From a virus (Duplodnaviria; Heunggongvirae; Uroviricota; Caudoviricetes): a stretch of DNA of 64,000 nt. The DNA lies in the IMG/VR virus record IMGVR_UViG_3300037455_000543, positions 187,136 through 251,135 of that record, one strand, 5' to 3'. Within the stretch, counting starts at the first letter, position 1. The number at the start of each line of letters is the position of its first letter. The notes below the pieces were generated by a model that was not told the origin of the DNA, did no database searches, and worked only from the letters and a program-made list of their open reading frames with translations. The position numbers and the translations under genes were made by a program. Positions 30,166 to 39,200 of the stretch are shown here, in pieces.

Positions 30166-30438
30166 ATGCATCATCCATACTTTCCGCCTCCTCCGCCGCC
30201 ACCATGTCCTGAATGTGAAAGACTCCGTAAATCAGAATATGAAAAATATGGTTTTAATATAGTTATAGGTGGAAAGTATTGGACAAAAATTCCAGAAGTT
30301 CGTAAATGTTGTCCAATAAAGGTAACTGTAGTAGAAAGTACAGCTAAAGAAATAACTGTTGACTTTAACGGTGTAAAATTTACGAAAGATAGAGCGGAAT
30401 TCTTAAAATCAAGTTGGCGAGACTATGACGCTTTTTAA
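30166..30438 (+). CDS. Hypothetical protein with poly-Pro N-terminus
   Basis: HHPYFPPPPPPPCPEC; tightly coupled to neighbours. Confidence 0.55.
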   Translation: MHHPYFPPPPPPPCPECERLRKSEYEKYGFNIVIGGKYWTKIPEVRKCCPIKVTVVESTAKEITVDFNGVKFTKDRAEFLKSSWRDYDAF

Positions 30439-30829
30439 AATAAATGTTGAACAGGCAACTGAAATATTAAATAATTGTCTGCAAAAATATTTTAAACAAT
30501 TAAAACCTATAAAAATAAGTGTCGAACCTATAAATGAGTTCGGCATATTTAAATTTGATATATCCGGAAATTCTTTTATAAATCCACAAATAATAATTTC
30601 AAATAAAAGTTTTAGAACTGAAAATAGCTATAAGAATACTATTCTACATGAACTCATACATTATTCTGTATTTTCTGATTTAAAACCTGATGAAATAAGT
30701 GAAGCCATATCATCAAACAATCAAGATTTATTTGACAGAATAACTGAAACAGGCAAATATGCACATGGTGAAAAATGGAATTCTAAAAAAACTACTATAA
30801 ATAATATATACAATTTGAATATAAGGTAA
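30425..30829 (+). CDS. SprT-like zinc metalloprotease
   Basis: NTILHELIHY...HGEKW. Confidence 0.8.
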   Translation: MTLFKINVEQATEILNNCLQKYFKQLKPIKISVEPINEFGIFKFDISGNSFINPQIIISNKSFRTENSYKNTILHELIHYSVFSDLKPDEISEAISSNNQDLFDRITETGKYAHGEKWNSKKTTINNIYNLNIR

Positions 30830-30832
30830 AAA

Positions 30833-31417
30833 ATGGCAGATTTTTTAGAAAATGAAGACGATTTAATATTAGATGAAGACTTCAGTATGGGTGTTGGCGG
30901 ACCTTGTGGCCTTGATCAAGGCATTCCACATGGCGGCGATTGCAAAGGTTGTTGTCCACAAAGAATGGGGTTATATCAACGTTCTCCATTTTCTGTAAAT
31001 CCATTCTTTGCCGGTGTTGCTGCAGCGCATCATCCTGGTTATTGGCTAGGACAGATTCCTAAGAAGAAAAAACGTCGTAAAAAGAAACGCCGTAAACTTC
31101 ATGAAGACTTTGGTGCTGAACAACGTGTTAAAGAACGCCAAGAATTAATGAATTCTTTGAAAAAGCCATGTTTTGCAATTTATTACAAGCTTTTTGGTAA
31201 AGAAGACTGTGCAGCAGAACATGTAGATACCGAAGAACTCTATCAGCATTTCTGTACAGGTTTTGATAACGATATTACTCCACCAATTAGGTCTTATGAA
31301 ATTGGTAAATTCGCTAGAAGACTTTCAAAAATGATATATGACAAAGATGATCTTGAATTGGCACTTGCACACTTTAAAAAGGAAGTAAAATTACACGGTA
31401 AATTACTTGCTGCATAA
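30833..31417 (+). CDS. Protein with major-capsid N-arm mimic and polybasic tract
   Basis: LDE-DFSMGVGGPCGLDQGIPHGGDCKG vs gp23 LTE-DFTQGVGAPLGLDQGIPHGGDAKG; KKKKRRKKKRRK. Confidence 0.75.
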   Translation: MADFLENEDDLILDEDFSMGVGGPCGLDQGIPHGGDCKGCCPQRMGLYQRSPFSVNPFFAGVAAAHHPGYWLGQIPKKKKRRKKKRRKLHEDFGAEQRVKERQELMNSLKKPCFAIYYKLFGKEDCAAEHVDTEELYQHFCTGFDNDITPPIRSYEIGKFARRLSKMIYDKDDLELALAHFKKEVKLHGKLLAA

Positions 31418-31426
31418 AAAATTTTA

Positions 31427-31822
31427 GTGAGCGTTTATATGGATGTGAAGACTCAGCAGTTAAATATAATAATGGAAGCTATCCGACAAATAGTCCGTGT
31501 AAAAACTTGCCCGCCTTGGGTTGTCGGTAAACTTACTGATGCAGTAAAGAAAGCAAAGACTTTAACAGATGAAAATACATCTGGAACGTCTGATTTTTCT
31601 GAATATGAAATTGATTATACATATAGACCTTTTGAAATCGATGAAAAGGCTATAAGCTCTGTCGAAGGCGACAAATGTCTTTATCAAATTATGAGTATTT
31701 GTGATCCAATCAATGGCGTGAATTTATATAATATAAAAATTATCAAAGGGGACAAAAACAATCCTGCCGGATATATTGTTTACAATGTTCCCGAAACAAA
31801 ACTACAGCACATAAAGGTATAA
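31427..31822 (+). CDS. Hypothetical protein (alternative ATG start at 31439)
   Basis: ORF inside a co-directional cluster. Confidence 0.55.
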   Translation: MSVYMDVKTQQLNIIMEAIRQIVRVKTCPPWVVGKLTDAVKKAKTLTDENTSGTSDFSEYEIDYTYRPFEIDEKAISSVEGDKCLYQIMSICDPINGVNLYNIKIIKGDKNNPAGYIVYNVPETKLQHIKV

Positions 31823-31824
31823 TT

Positions 31825-32349
31825 ATGGCAAAACATGTAAACAGACCATCAAATTTAAGGAGGATTATAGTGAAAAGAAATTTTGATGCTCTTTATAACT
31901 CAAGAAACACAGATCAGCAATATACAGAACAGGATATGCAGCATTTAAAGTTGATTGAACCTAATGCTGTTCTTCCACGTGGTTATACAAAAATTCCTAG
32001 AATACCACGTTCACCAAGAATTGTTAGTAGACCTGCACTTGATAGCTTCGAAAATGAATATCAGGCATTTATTGCTAAACTCAAAGCAAAGAAAGCAGAA
32101 AAGGCAGAAGAAGAAAAAATTCAAGAACAGCTAGATGCTGCAAATGCAGTTGAGACTGTTCAAGAACCGATTACTGAACCTGTAGAGGAAACACAAAATG
32201 AAATTATCACAGAAACTCCAATCGTTGAAATCGAAGAAACACAAGAGACTGTTAAACCAGTTAAAAAGACTCGAAAATCGAAGAAAACGGTGGTTGAACC
32301 AACTGACACGGTAACTGAAACAATAGAAACTGCTGAAACTGCAGAATAA
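31825..32349 (+). CDS. Hypothetical protein, basic N-terminus and Glu/Thr-rich tail
   Basis: PRGYTKIPRIPRSPR; EET repeats. Confidence 0.6.
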   Translation: MAKHVNRPSNLRRIIVKRNFDALYNSRNTDQQYTEQDMQHLKLIEPNAVLPRGYTKIPRIPRSPRIVSRPALDSFENEYQAFIAKLKAKKAEKAEEEKIQEQLDAANAVETVQEPITEPVEETQNEIITETPIVEIEETQETVKPVKKTRKSKKTVVEPTDTVTETIETAETAE

Positions 32350-32354
32350 ATTAA

Positions 32355-32378
32355 AAAGGACCAATTACTTGGTCCTTT
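32355..32378. terminator. Bidirectional terminator
   Basis: AAAGGACCAA-loop-TTGGTCCTTT. Confidence 0.8.
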
Positions 32379-32399
32379 AATTTTTATATTCAATACTTA

Positions 32400-33197
32400 T
32401 TAGGTATTTGTATCTAATGCTGTAAGCATATCTCTTGTACTATCGAGGTCACCCTTCATAGTAGCAATATCCTGCTTAATTTCATCGCGCTTCTTAATGA
32501 GAGGTTCTTTCATCTTTCTGTTAAGATAAGATCTAGCCTTTACATCAAGCTTAGCACCAATTTTCTTAATTAAGAATATAGCATTCTTAATATTCTTAAA
32601 TTCAAGGTCTTCCGGATTTAACAGCTTACCATTGAAAATAAGTTCAATATCAGTCTTAACCTTTTCGATTTCAACTAACTGTTCTTCCTTCAATGTCTGT
32701 GTAACTGCGACAACAGCCTGCATAATCTTTTCTACGTCGTAGATTACCTTAGCTGCTGGCGTATCTGTTGTAGTTACGTCATTCGGATCAGCCTTACCCT
32801 GTAAGAATTCCGGGTCATCTTCATGAGAGCCGTCATTAACAGGAGATTCATCCTTCGTGTCATCGGATTCTTCTTCACCACCTTCTCCTCCAGCTTCACC
32901 GCCTGCGGCTCCACCTCCGGCACCACCAGCGCCACCTGCTCCACCAGCATCAGCTGCAAATGGATCGCCACCACCGGCATCAGTAGCAAACGGATCACCA
33001 CCAGCATCACCGCCAGCATCACCGCCACCAGCGTCTCCACCAGTATCACCTGCATCGCCACCAAATGGGTCTGCTTCGGTCAAAAGTGAAGTACCTTCAA
33101 AATCTGCTTCATCTGATAAAAATTTACTAAACGACTCACCGATATTAATCTTAATCGGTCCAATTGCATTTTGAAGCATGTCTTCTAATTTTCCCAT
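32400..33197 (-). CDS. Gly/Ala/Asp low-complexity protein, putative prohead core/internal protein
   Basis: ESFSKFLSDE...SLLTE-ADPFGGDAG repeats, helical C-terminus; AGGAAG SD. Confidence 0.6.
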   Translation of the reverse strand: MGKLEDMLQNAIGPIKINIGESFSKFLSDEADFEGTSLLTEADPFGGDAGDTGGDAGGGDAGGDAGGDPFATDAGGGDPFAADAGGAGGAGGAGGGAAGGEAGGEGGEEESDDTKDESPVNDGSHEDDPEFLQGKADPNDVTTTDTPAAKVIYDVEKIMQAVVAVTQTLKEEQLVEIEKVKTDIELIFNGKLLNPEDLEFKNIKNAIFLIKKIGAKLDVKARSYLNRKMKEPLIKKRDEIKQDIATMKGDLDSTRDMLTALDTNT

Positions 33198-33206
33198 ATT
33201 TACTTC

Positions 33207-33470
33207 CTAGATTCTAAAAATCTCATTGATTCTATCAATTATTATCTCTTTATTTATACTTCTTATATTAGAGCATGTCAAATAATTGAAAAATACCCTT
33301 GCAGATTTAGAATTTTTCTTTGTTAAAAGCTCATAAAGACCATATTTATCTTGATTTATGACCATATTGGCCATCAATTCCATAAGGTCTGACATTCGTT
33401 CTGCAGTATGTTCACAGTCTGCAGATTCTCCTTGATATGTCTTAAAAAACTTATCAAGGTATTTCTTCAT
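33207..33470 (-). CDS. Hypothetical protein (ATG start preferred over TTG at 33515)
   Basis: MKKYLDKFFKTY... 87 aa. Confidence 0.5.
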   Translation of the reverse strand: MKKYLDKFFKTYQGESADCEHTAERMSDLMELMANMVINQDKYGLYELLTKKNSKSARVFFNYLTCSNIRSINKEIIIDRINEIFRI

Positions 33471-33526
33471 AAATTCATTACGATGGTCTAACTTATAATA
33501 TATAGAAAACAACAATTTTACATTCC

Positions 33527-34075
33527 TTAAGATAAATCGAAATTAGGCAATTCAATCGGTGCTACCTTTACTTCTGCTTGTTTCATTATGTCGAACTGTT
33601 CTTTTGGATTAAATATATATGTATTGTTCTGAGTAATCTGACCAGGAACTTTTTGGTTCTTGTCATTAGAAAGTCTCTTATTTGCAAGTCTTTCCTTTAC
33701 TTCAAGTGACTTTTCCTTGAAATTTTCACCAGTTTCAACAACCTGATAATCAGTAATTATCTTTTCAAGTTCAGTCAACTGTGCTACATTGTCTCTAACG
33801 GACTTAGATAATGTAGCATACATCATATAAAAATTAGGTGCTGCAGCTCCGCCAAGAATTAAATCTTTTAATGAATCCATAACTTCACGGTCAGATTCGA
33901 TTAATTCTTGAAGCTCTGTCATTAAATATTCTTTATCAGCAAGAGTATATTTCTGTTCTACTATACCATCTCGGATTTCAGAAATTTTAGCATTAGCCGT
34001 ATCTATAGTAGACTTTACATCTTCCTCTACTGCTTCAATATTAAATTCTTTTTCTAAACCTTCAAATCCATTCAT
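33527..34075 (-). CDS. gp16: Terminase small subunit
   Basis: Helical EYLMTELQELIE...YATLSKSVRDNVAQLTELEK and C-terminal TQNNTYIF pattern of gp16. Confidence 0.7.
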   Translation of the reverse strand: MNGFEGLEKEFNIEAVEEDVKSTIDTANAKISEIRDGIVEQKYTLADKEYLMTELQELIESDREVMDSLKDLILGGAAAPNFYMMYATLSKSVRDNVAQLTELEKIITDYQVVETGENFKEKSLEVKERLANKRLSNDKNQKVPGQITQNNTYIFNPKEQFDIMKQAEVKVAPIELPNFDLS

Positions 34076-34138
34076 AATTATGTTAAAATATAGTAAAATT
34101 ATTTACTTATGGTTGACTAAATTATTAATTCTGTAAAT

Positions 34139-34660
34139 TTATTTACACATATTCAAAATTTGACGTTCTGTTAATACTTTGAATATGTAACCGTTCGCTG
34201 CACACCATCTTCTTGCAGCTTTCCACTTGGAATTATTTGTTCTTATCACGTTACATTTTTCTTGCCAACGCAATAATGCTTTTTGTGACCTAGTTTTCGG
34301 CGGGTCTGGATAGATAAGTTCATTATGTTCATTAAGCTTTGCCATCTGGCTTTCTGGCTTAACCTCAATAATATACTTATCAATGTTTCCATAGACATCT
34401 TTACACTTCATATAAAAATCAGTGATATACATGTGTTGCTTACCGTCTACTTCTGAAATATAAGGGAGCTTCAACACTTCAGAACCCCATTCCAAAATAG
34501 TCGCATACTTATCGCAAAAACGCATCAGCTTCAATTCCCAACTACTACGATATGTGATATCACTTACTTTTCCCAATGCACCGTTTAAGTTTACACACTT
34601 ATATGGATGCTTCGGAAAAAACTTTCCTTTATAATAATCATTGCTAAATATCATTCCCAT
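34139..34660 (-). CDS. gp4: Head completion nuclease (TnsA-like)
   Basis: YKGKFFPKHPYKC...YRSSWELKLMRFCD...WGSE..LPY...YITDF...IEVKP. Confidence 0.92.
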   Translation of the reverse strand: MGMIFSNDYYKGKFFPKHPYKCVNLNGALGKVSDITYRSSWELKLMRFCDKYATILEWGSEVLKLPYISEVDGKQHMYITDFYMKCKDVYGNIDKYIIEVKPESQMAKLNEHNELIYPDPPKTRSQKALLRWQEKCNVIRTNNSKWKAARRWCAANGYIFKVLTERQILNMCK

Positions 34661-34671
34661 AATTCACCTTC

Positions 34672-35436
34672 TTACCAACCTGCAAATGGATCATAATATT
34701 CCGGATTCTCTTCTTTGACCTCTGGATCTTTATATCTGAAATCAAACATGTTAACCGTCTTATTAGCTGTCAAATCTGCATTTATCTTTAATGGGTCATT
34801 AAAATTATATTGTCCTGACAAAGCACTTGGTGCAACGTCATATATCGGGTCTTGTGGATTCATCAATGTAGGAGAGTTTGCAGAAACAGTCCATTTATTA
34901 TCCTTGTAAACCTTCAATGTCATCGTATAAGTATGCTTTGCTAAACCAAATGCTTCAGAATAGTATTTTACATCGACAATCCTATAAAATGTATCGTTTG
35001 GATTTATGTAAATTATATCACCTATCTTTGCTGGGCATTCATTATAGACTTCTGGCGTATTCTTATCATATCCACCATAAGTTGAAAAATAATCAAATGC
35101 ATTTATACTTGCATAAACAGTTACTGTATCTTCTCCCCAAATACCTTGTAACTGGTATGTTCTTACATTTGGCGGTAACTGCTGAACATATCCCATAAAA
35201 TACCAGCTACGTTCAATTTCTCTTAACTGGTCTTCTCCATACAGCTTATCCCTGTCCAAATCTTCTGAAACATGATAATAAGTGCATTTGATACCATAAA
35301 GACCATATGCATCCAATGTAACATCATCAACAGTATCTTCTTCATTAGAACATACTATATTGTCTTTGTCATCTGCCAATGCTGCAGTAGTCGAGCAAAG
35401 CCATGGAAACATACTTGTATTTTTTATTGTAGCCAT
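34672..35436 (-). CDS. gp14: Neck protein gp14-like, paralog A
   Basis: YGIKCTYY...DKLYGED...PAKIGDIIY...YRIVDV. Confidence 0.75.
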   Translation of the reverse strand: MATIKNTSMFPWLCSTTAALADDKDNIVCSNEEDTVDDVTLDAYGLYGIKCTYYHVSEDLDRDKLYGEDQLREIERSWYFMGYVQQLPPNVRTYQLQGIWGEDTVTVYASINAFDYFSTYGGYDKNTPEVYNECPAKIGDIIYINPNDTFYRIVDVKYYSEAFGLAKHTYTMTLKVYKDNKWTVSANSPTLMNPQDPIYDVAPSALSGQYNFNDPLKINADLTANKTVNMFDFRYKDPEVKEENPEYYDPFAGW

Positions 35437-35443
35437 AATCTAT

Positions 35444-36259
35444 TTATTTTACAGAAAATAATCCGTTATCAGACCATTGTATTTTTATTTTATTTAAATG
35501 TGGATTATATGTCATCGGTAATTTATAATATGCACATGGTATTGAATTTTCTGGATTAATTGGCTGATTTTCTATCATATTTTCATTATTATATTTTTCC
35601 GCACGATTTCCATCATACCACGTAATTAATAGTCCATTGCCATAAAACCCAGGTATTGTACCAGTAAATGTCATATCATCTGTTTTTATATTTGATTGTG
35701 ATTCACAAACTGGCTCTTCAGTAATACCATATACTCTATAGTCTGATGCACTATATCCAGAACTAAAATCATATGTAGTATTAAAATGATTCATTTGATC
35801 AGTGTAAAATTGTTTTTCTGATGTTGGAACTGCATTTGGATATTTTTCAATATTATAATCGTATTGTTTTGCTAAATATGTACTATAATTATAAGACTTA
35901 TAATAAATATCGCGCTCTATCATTGTACCTTCATGCGGTTTATCAGGTGTTGAAAATAGATATGCTGAAACAGGCGTATCAAATAAACCTTCATAGGTTA
36001 CTTCTGATTCTAGGCCATCAATATCAGATATTGTCTCAATATTTGTCTTGTGTAATACGCCTAAATATTCATATTGTGTATTATTAACTGCGTCACTAAA
36101 TGTTGTTTGATTTGCACTCAGTATTGGTCGATTTGCATTATAATTATATAAAAACCATACATCAAAACGTAAAGAACCTAAATGGTCTTTAAGCAGATCT
36201 TTATTATTTTGAAGCAAATGCTTTATATATGAATTAAAAACAAAACCTTTTTCCATCAT
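35444..36259 (-). CDS. Hypothetical virion/tail protein
   Basis: N-terminal FVFNSY motif shared with the upstream 1651-aa protein; coupled start/stop. Confidence 0.55.
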   Translation of the reverse strand: MMEKGFVFNSYIKHLLQNNKDLLKDHLGSLRFDVWFLYNYNANRPILSANQTTFSDAVNNTQYEYLGVLHKTNIETISDIDGLESEVTYEGLFDTPVSAYLFSTPDKPHEGTMIERDIYYKSYNYSTYLAKQYDYNIEKYPNAVPTSEKQFYTDQMNHFNTTYDFSSGYSASDYRVYGITEEPVCESQSNIKTDDMTFTGTIPGFYGNGLLITWYDGNRAEKYNNENMIENQPINPENSIPCAYYKLPMTYNPHLNKIKIQWSDNGLFSVK

Positions 36260-39200
36260 GTCTCTACCTCTAGTAACAATCCAGATGCTACAGTTTCACA
36301 TGCTTCTTGTAATTCAAATTCAGCCTCGTTATCAAATATTATACCATCATCTCTAACAAATATTCGTTTACCATCAACTGATGAGTACGTTCCACCTGGA
36401 TATGACGGATAACTGCTATAGGTCCATGTCGTTCCTTCTGAACATTCGCCTAAACCAACATCTATATACATTACTGGATTATATTTACTATCCATAACAT
36501 ATAATCCCTGGAAATCATCTGCTGAAAATCCACTAAATGTAACAGCACTTACGCCAGTTCTTGATAAATTTGTAGACAATATACATCTTTGGTTTGGTGT
36601 CTTACCAATGTAAAGAATATTAGATGTATATTTAATATCATCGTTATATGCGCTCTTTTCTAATTTACCAATATTATTCACAATTGGCTCTTCATGCATA
36701 TTAAACCAAAAACCAGCTTTATTATTAATAACATCATATTTTACTGGTAAATTTATACCTTCTTTACCAATATTAGTCTTTTTAACAACTTCTTTTAAAT
36801 ATGTATATCTATAAAAATCATATTTATCTTCTTCACCTTCTGCTAAATCACCATTAGCAATTCTATAATTATCAATAGGATATACACCTTCAAAGAAAGA
36901 AGGTTTATAGAATTCATCTTGTGCTTCTAAGATATTAATATTATGATTTGCTGTTAAATTATTATCCCATGTACAATTAGCAAAATTTACTGTATATGCA
37001 CCTGTCTGTGAATGTGTATACCATGGATCTGCTGGAGTTATTGGCTGATATTCTTCACCAGCACTCAAATACTCAAATTCGTCGCCATAATAGAATATAC
37101 TATTTTCATCATTTAATGCATAATTACCTAAATTATAATTTGCTGTCTGGGATTCATATGCAAAACCATTAAGAGTACGTGTCATTAATGCAGTGCCTAT
37201 AGAATTGCCATTATAATCAAAAAGCTGACATATTGCGGCAGACCATATAGCAGATTCTCCCTCATTAGCTATTTCATATATTGCATCAGGTTTTTTACCA
37301 TCACCATATACTTGTTCAGGAGTATATATACCATTTTCTGATTTTGTCAATACAGTCATTGCTGTACTTACTCCAGTAAGTGCAGCTTCACTCCAGTCAT
37401 TTACAACAACACCGTTTTCATCAGCTGGATAAAAACCTTGTTCTGGACTTGCTGTATATGTCGATTTTTTCTGTGTTATGTATGCAGAATATAATGGCGG
37501 AGGAGTTGTAGCAGTCAAAACTTCTGCAACTTGATCATTCATATTCAATTTATATCCAGTCACATAGCCTTCGCCCCCTGCTGGATAATATATTGGTTCA
37601 ACAGCAACTGGTTGTAATATGTAGCTAACTGCATAGAAAAAATTATCTCCATCGCCGCCTCGGCTTCTTTCACCAATTAATAGGTGATTCCATTGCATAT
37701 TCATGTATGGCGATGTCCGGTCATCATTTAACATTAAATATGTTGTTGCTGTAAATCTAATTTTACTCTCAAATGTACCTGGATCAGACATTGCAGTATG
37801 ACTATAACTATAGCCGCTAATATTATTTAATCTATATTCTGTAGTATCTCCATTTGGATATGCTTTTAAATATTCCGGTGAAACATATGAATTTAAAAAT
37901 AAAGAGGTATCATTAAACTTTACATCATTTCCATCAAGTGTAGTATAAGCTAATTCTTGTATAGTACCATTACCAAGTATTGCCTGTACCTTATAAGTAC
38001 GAGTTGGTTTAAATGTAACATTTACTTTATAACCAGATATGTCATCTTTAATACTACCACCACCAGCATTTGATCCTTCTTGCATCATCACAGTGCCATA
38101 GCTTGGATTTTTTAATGTTAAAGTATAGCCCTTTAAATTAGTAAGCAAGTCATTATGTTTTTGAAGCACTGTATTTCTACTTATTGTCAAATCTGAACCA
38201 AAATATGAATATGTATATGGTATTTTATTACCATTATAATCGGACCATGTAATTTTATCGCCAATGTTCATTTCATCTATACTAGAAACTTCACGCTCAG
38301 TATTACCATCTGTTACCTTAAAAGTTAATGGTAACTGTGCATTCATCGGTACTGTAGTATATTTAAATATATCTGGCTGCAAATATCTTGCAAATTCAGG
38401 ATCTGGATAAGTCCATACATTATGATTATTGTGAACGCCAACATTATCCCAGTAAATTAAGTTTTTCATTAGATTTCTAATATCTAATGATACATTCTTT
38501 GTTTCTTTCGTAAATCTATTAAAAACCATTCCTGTTGTATTTGCTACACCTGGCAAATCAACATCCAAGTTTATACTATAAAATTCTGGATCTGATACCG
38601 GTGATGCCAGATTTTGGTCCATCGCATATAAACCAACAGTATGTTCATGTATACATCTGTCATCAGTTTTATCAAATGTATTAGAAAATCGTGAAATATA
38701 TGCATCTGATATAAATGTATTTAATTTATGTAAACCATTTACAGACTCATAATATGTATAATATGGTCCATTTTCTGTAAATTGAGCATTAATTGCAGAA
38801 TAATTTATATATGGATTATTAATATAAGGAGTTTCTATAACAGATGGCGAAGTCTGATATACAGGTTTAATTTCACAAAATAATGGAGATGCTGCACCAT
38901 CATATGTTTGATAGCTTTTAATAACTGAAGTATCTAGATCCCAGTTGTCGTTACTAGGGTACCAAATCTGCGTTTGTGTATTACCAAATGTATTAAATAT
39001 TTGTCTAAAAAATAATCCTTTTTCTGTAAATCCTACTTGAGTATTTTTATCTTCCTCGGTTAGACTTTCATTGTATACAAAATCAGAATTACGAATATAA
39101 ATCAATTTTTTAGATTCATCATTTAAGTCATCTTTATTATACCATACATCACCTAGATTTGATGTATTATATTCAATTATTGGCGCAATAGTAGCATACT

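Noticed and set aside
32774-33174. Pro/Ala-rich overlapping ORFs including 32857..33174 +
   Set aside because: Alternative-frame readings of the Gly/Ala/Asp repeat.
33195-33209. TAG of the 33207 gene is in frame with the ATG at 33197, suggesting read-through or code 15
   Set aside because: The downstream ATG has its own AGGAAG SD. Long ORFs are intact under code 11, and TAG ends portal, gp29-like (TAG TAG) and the 11225 gene at natural-looking C-termini.
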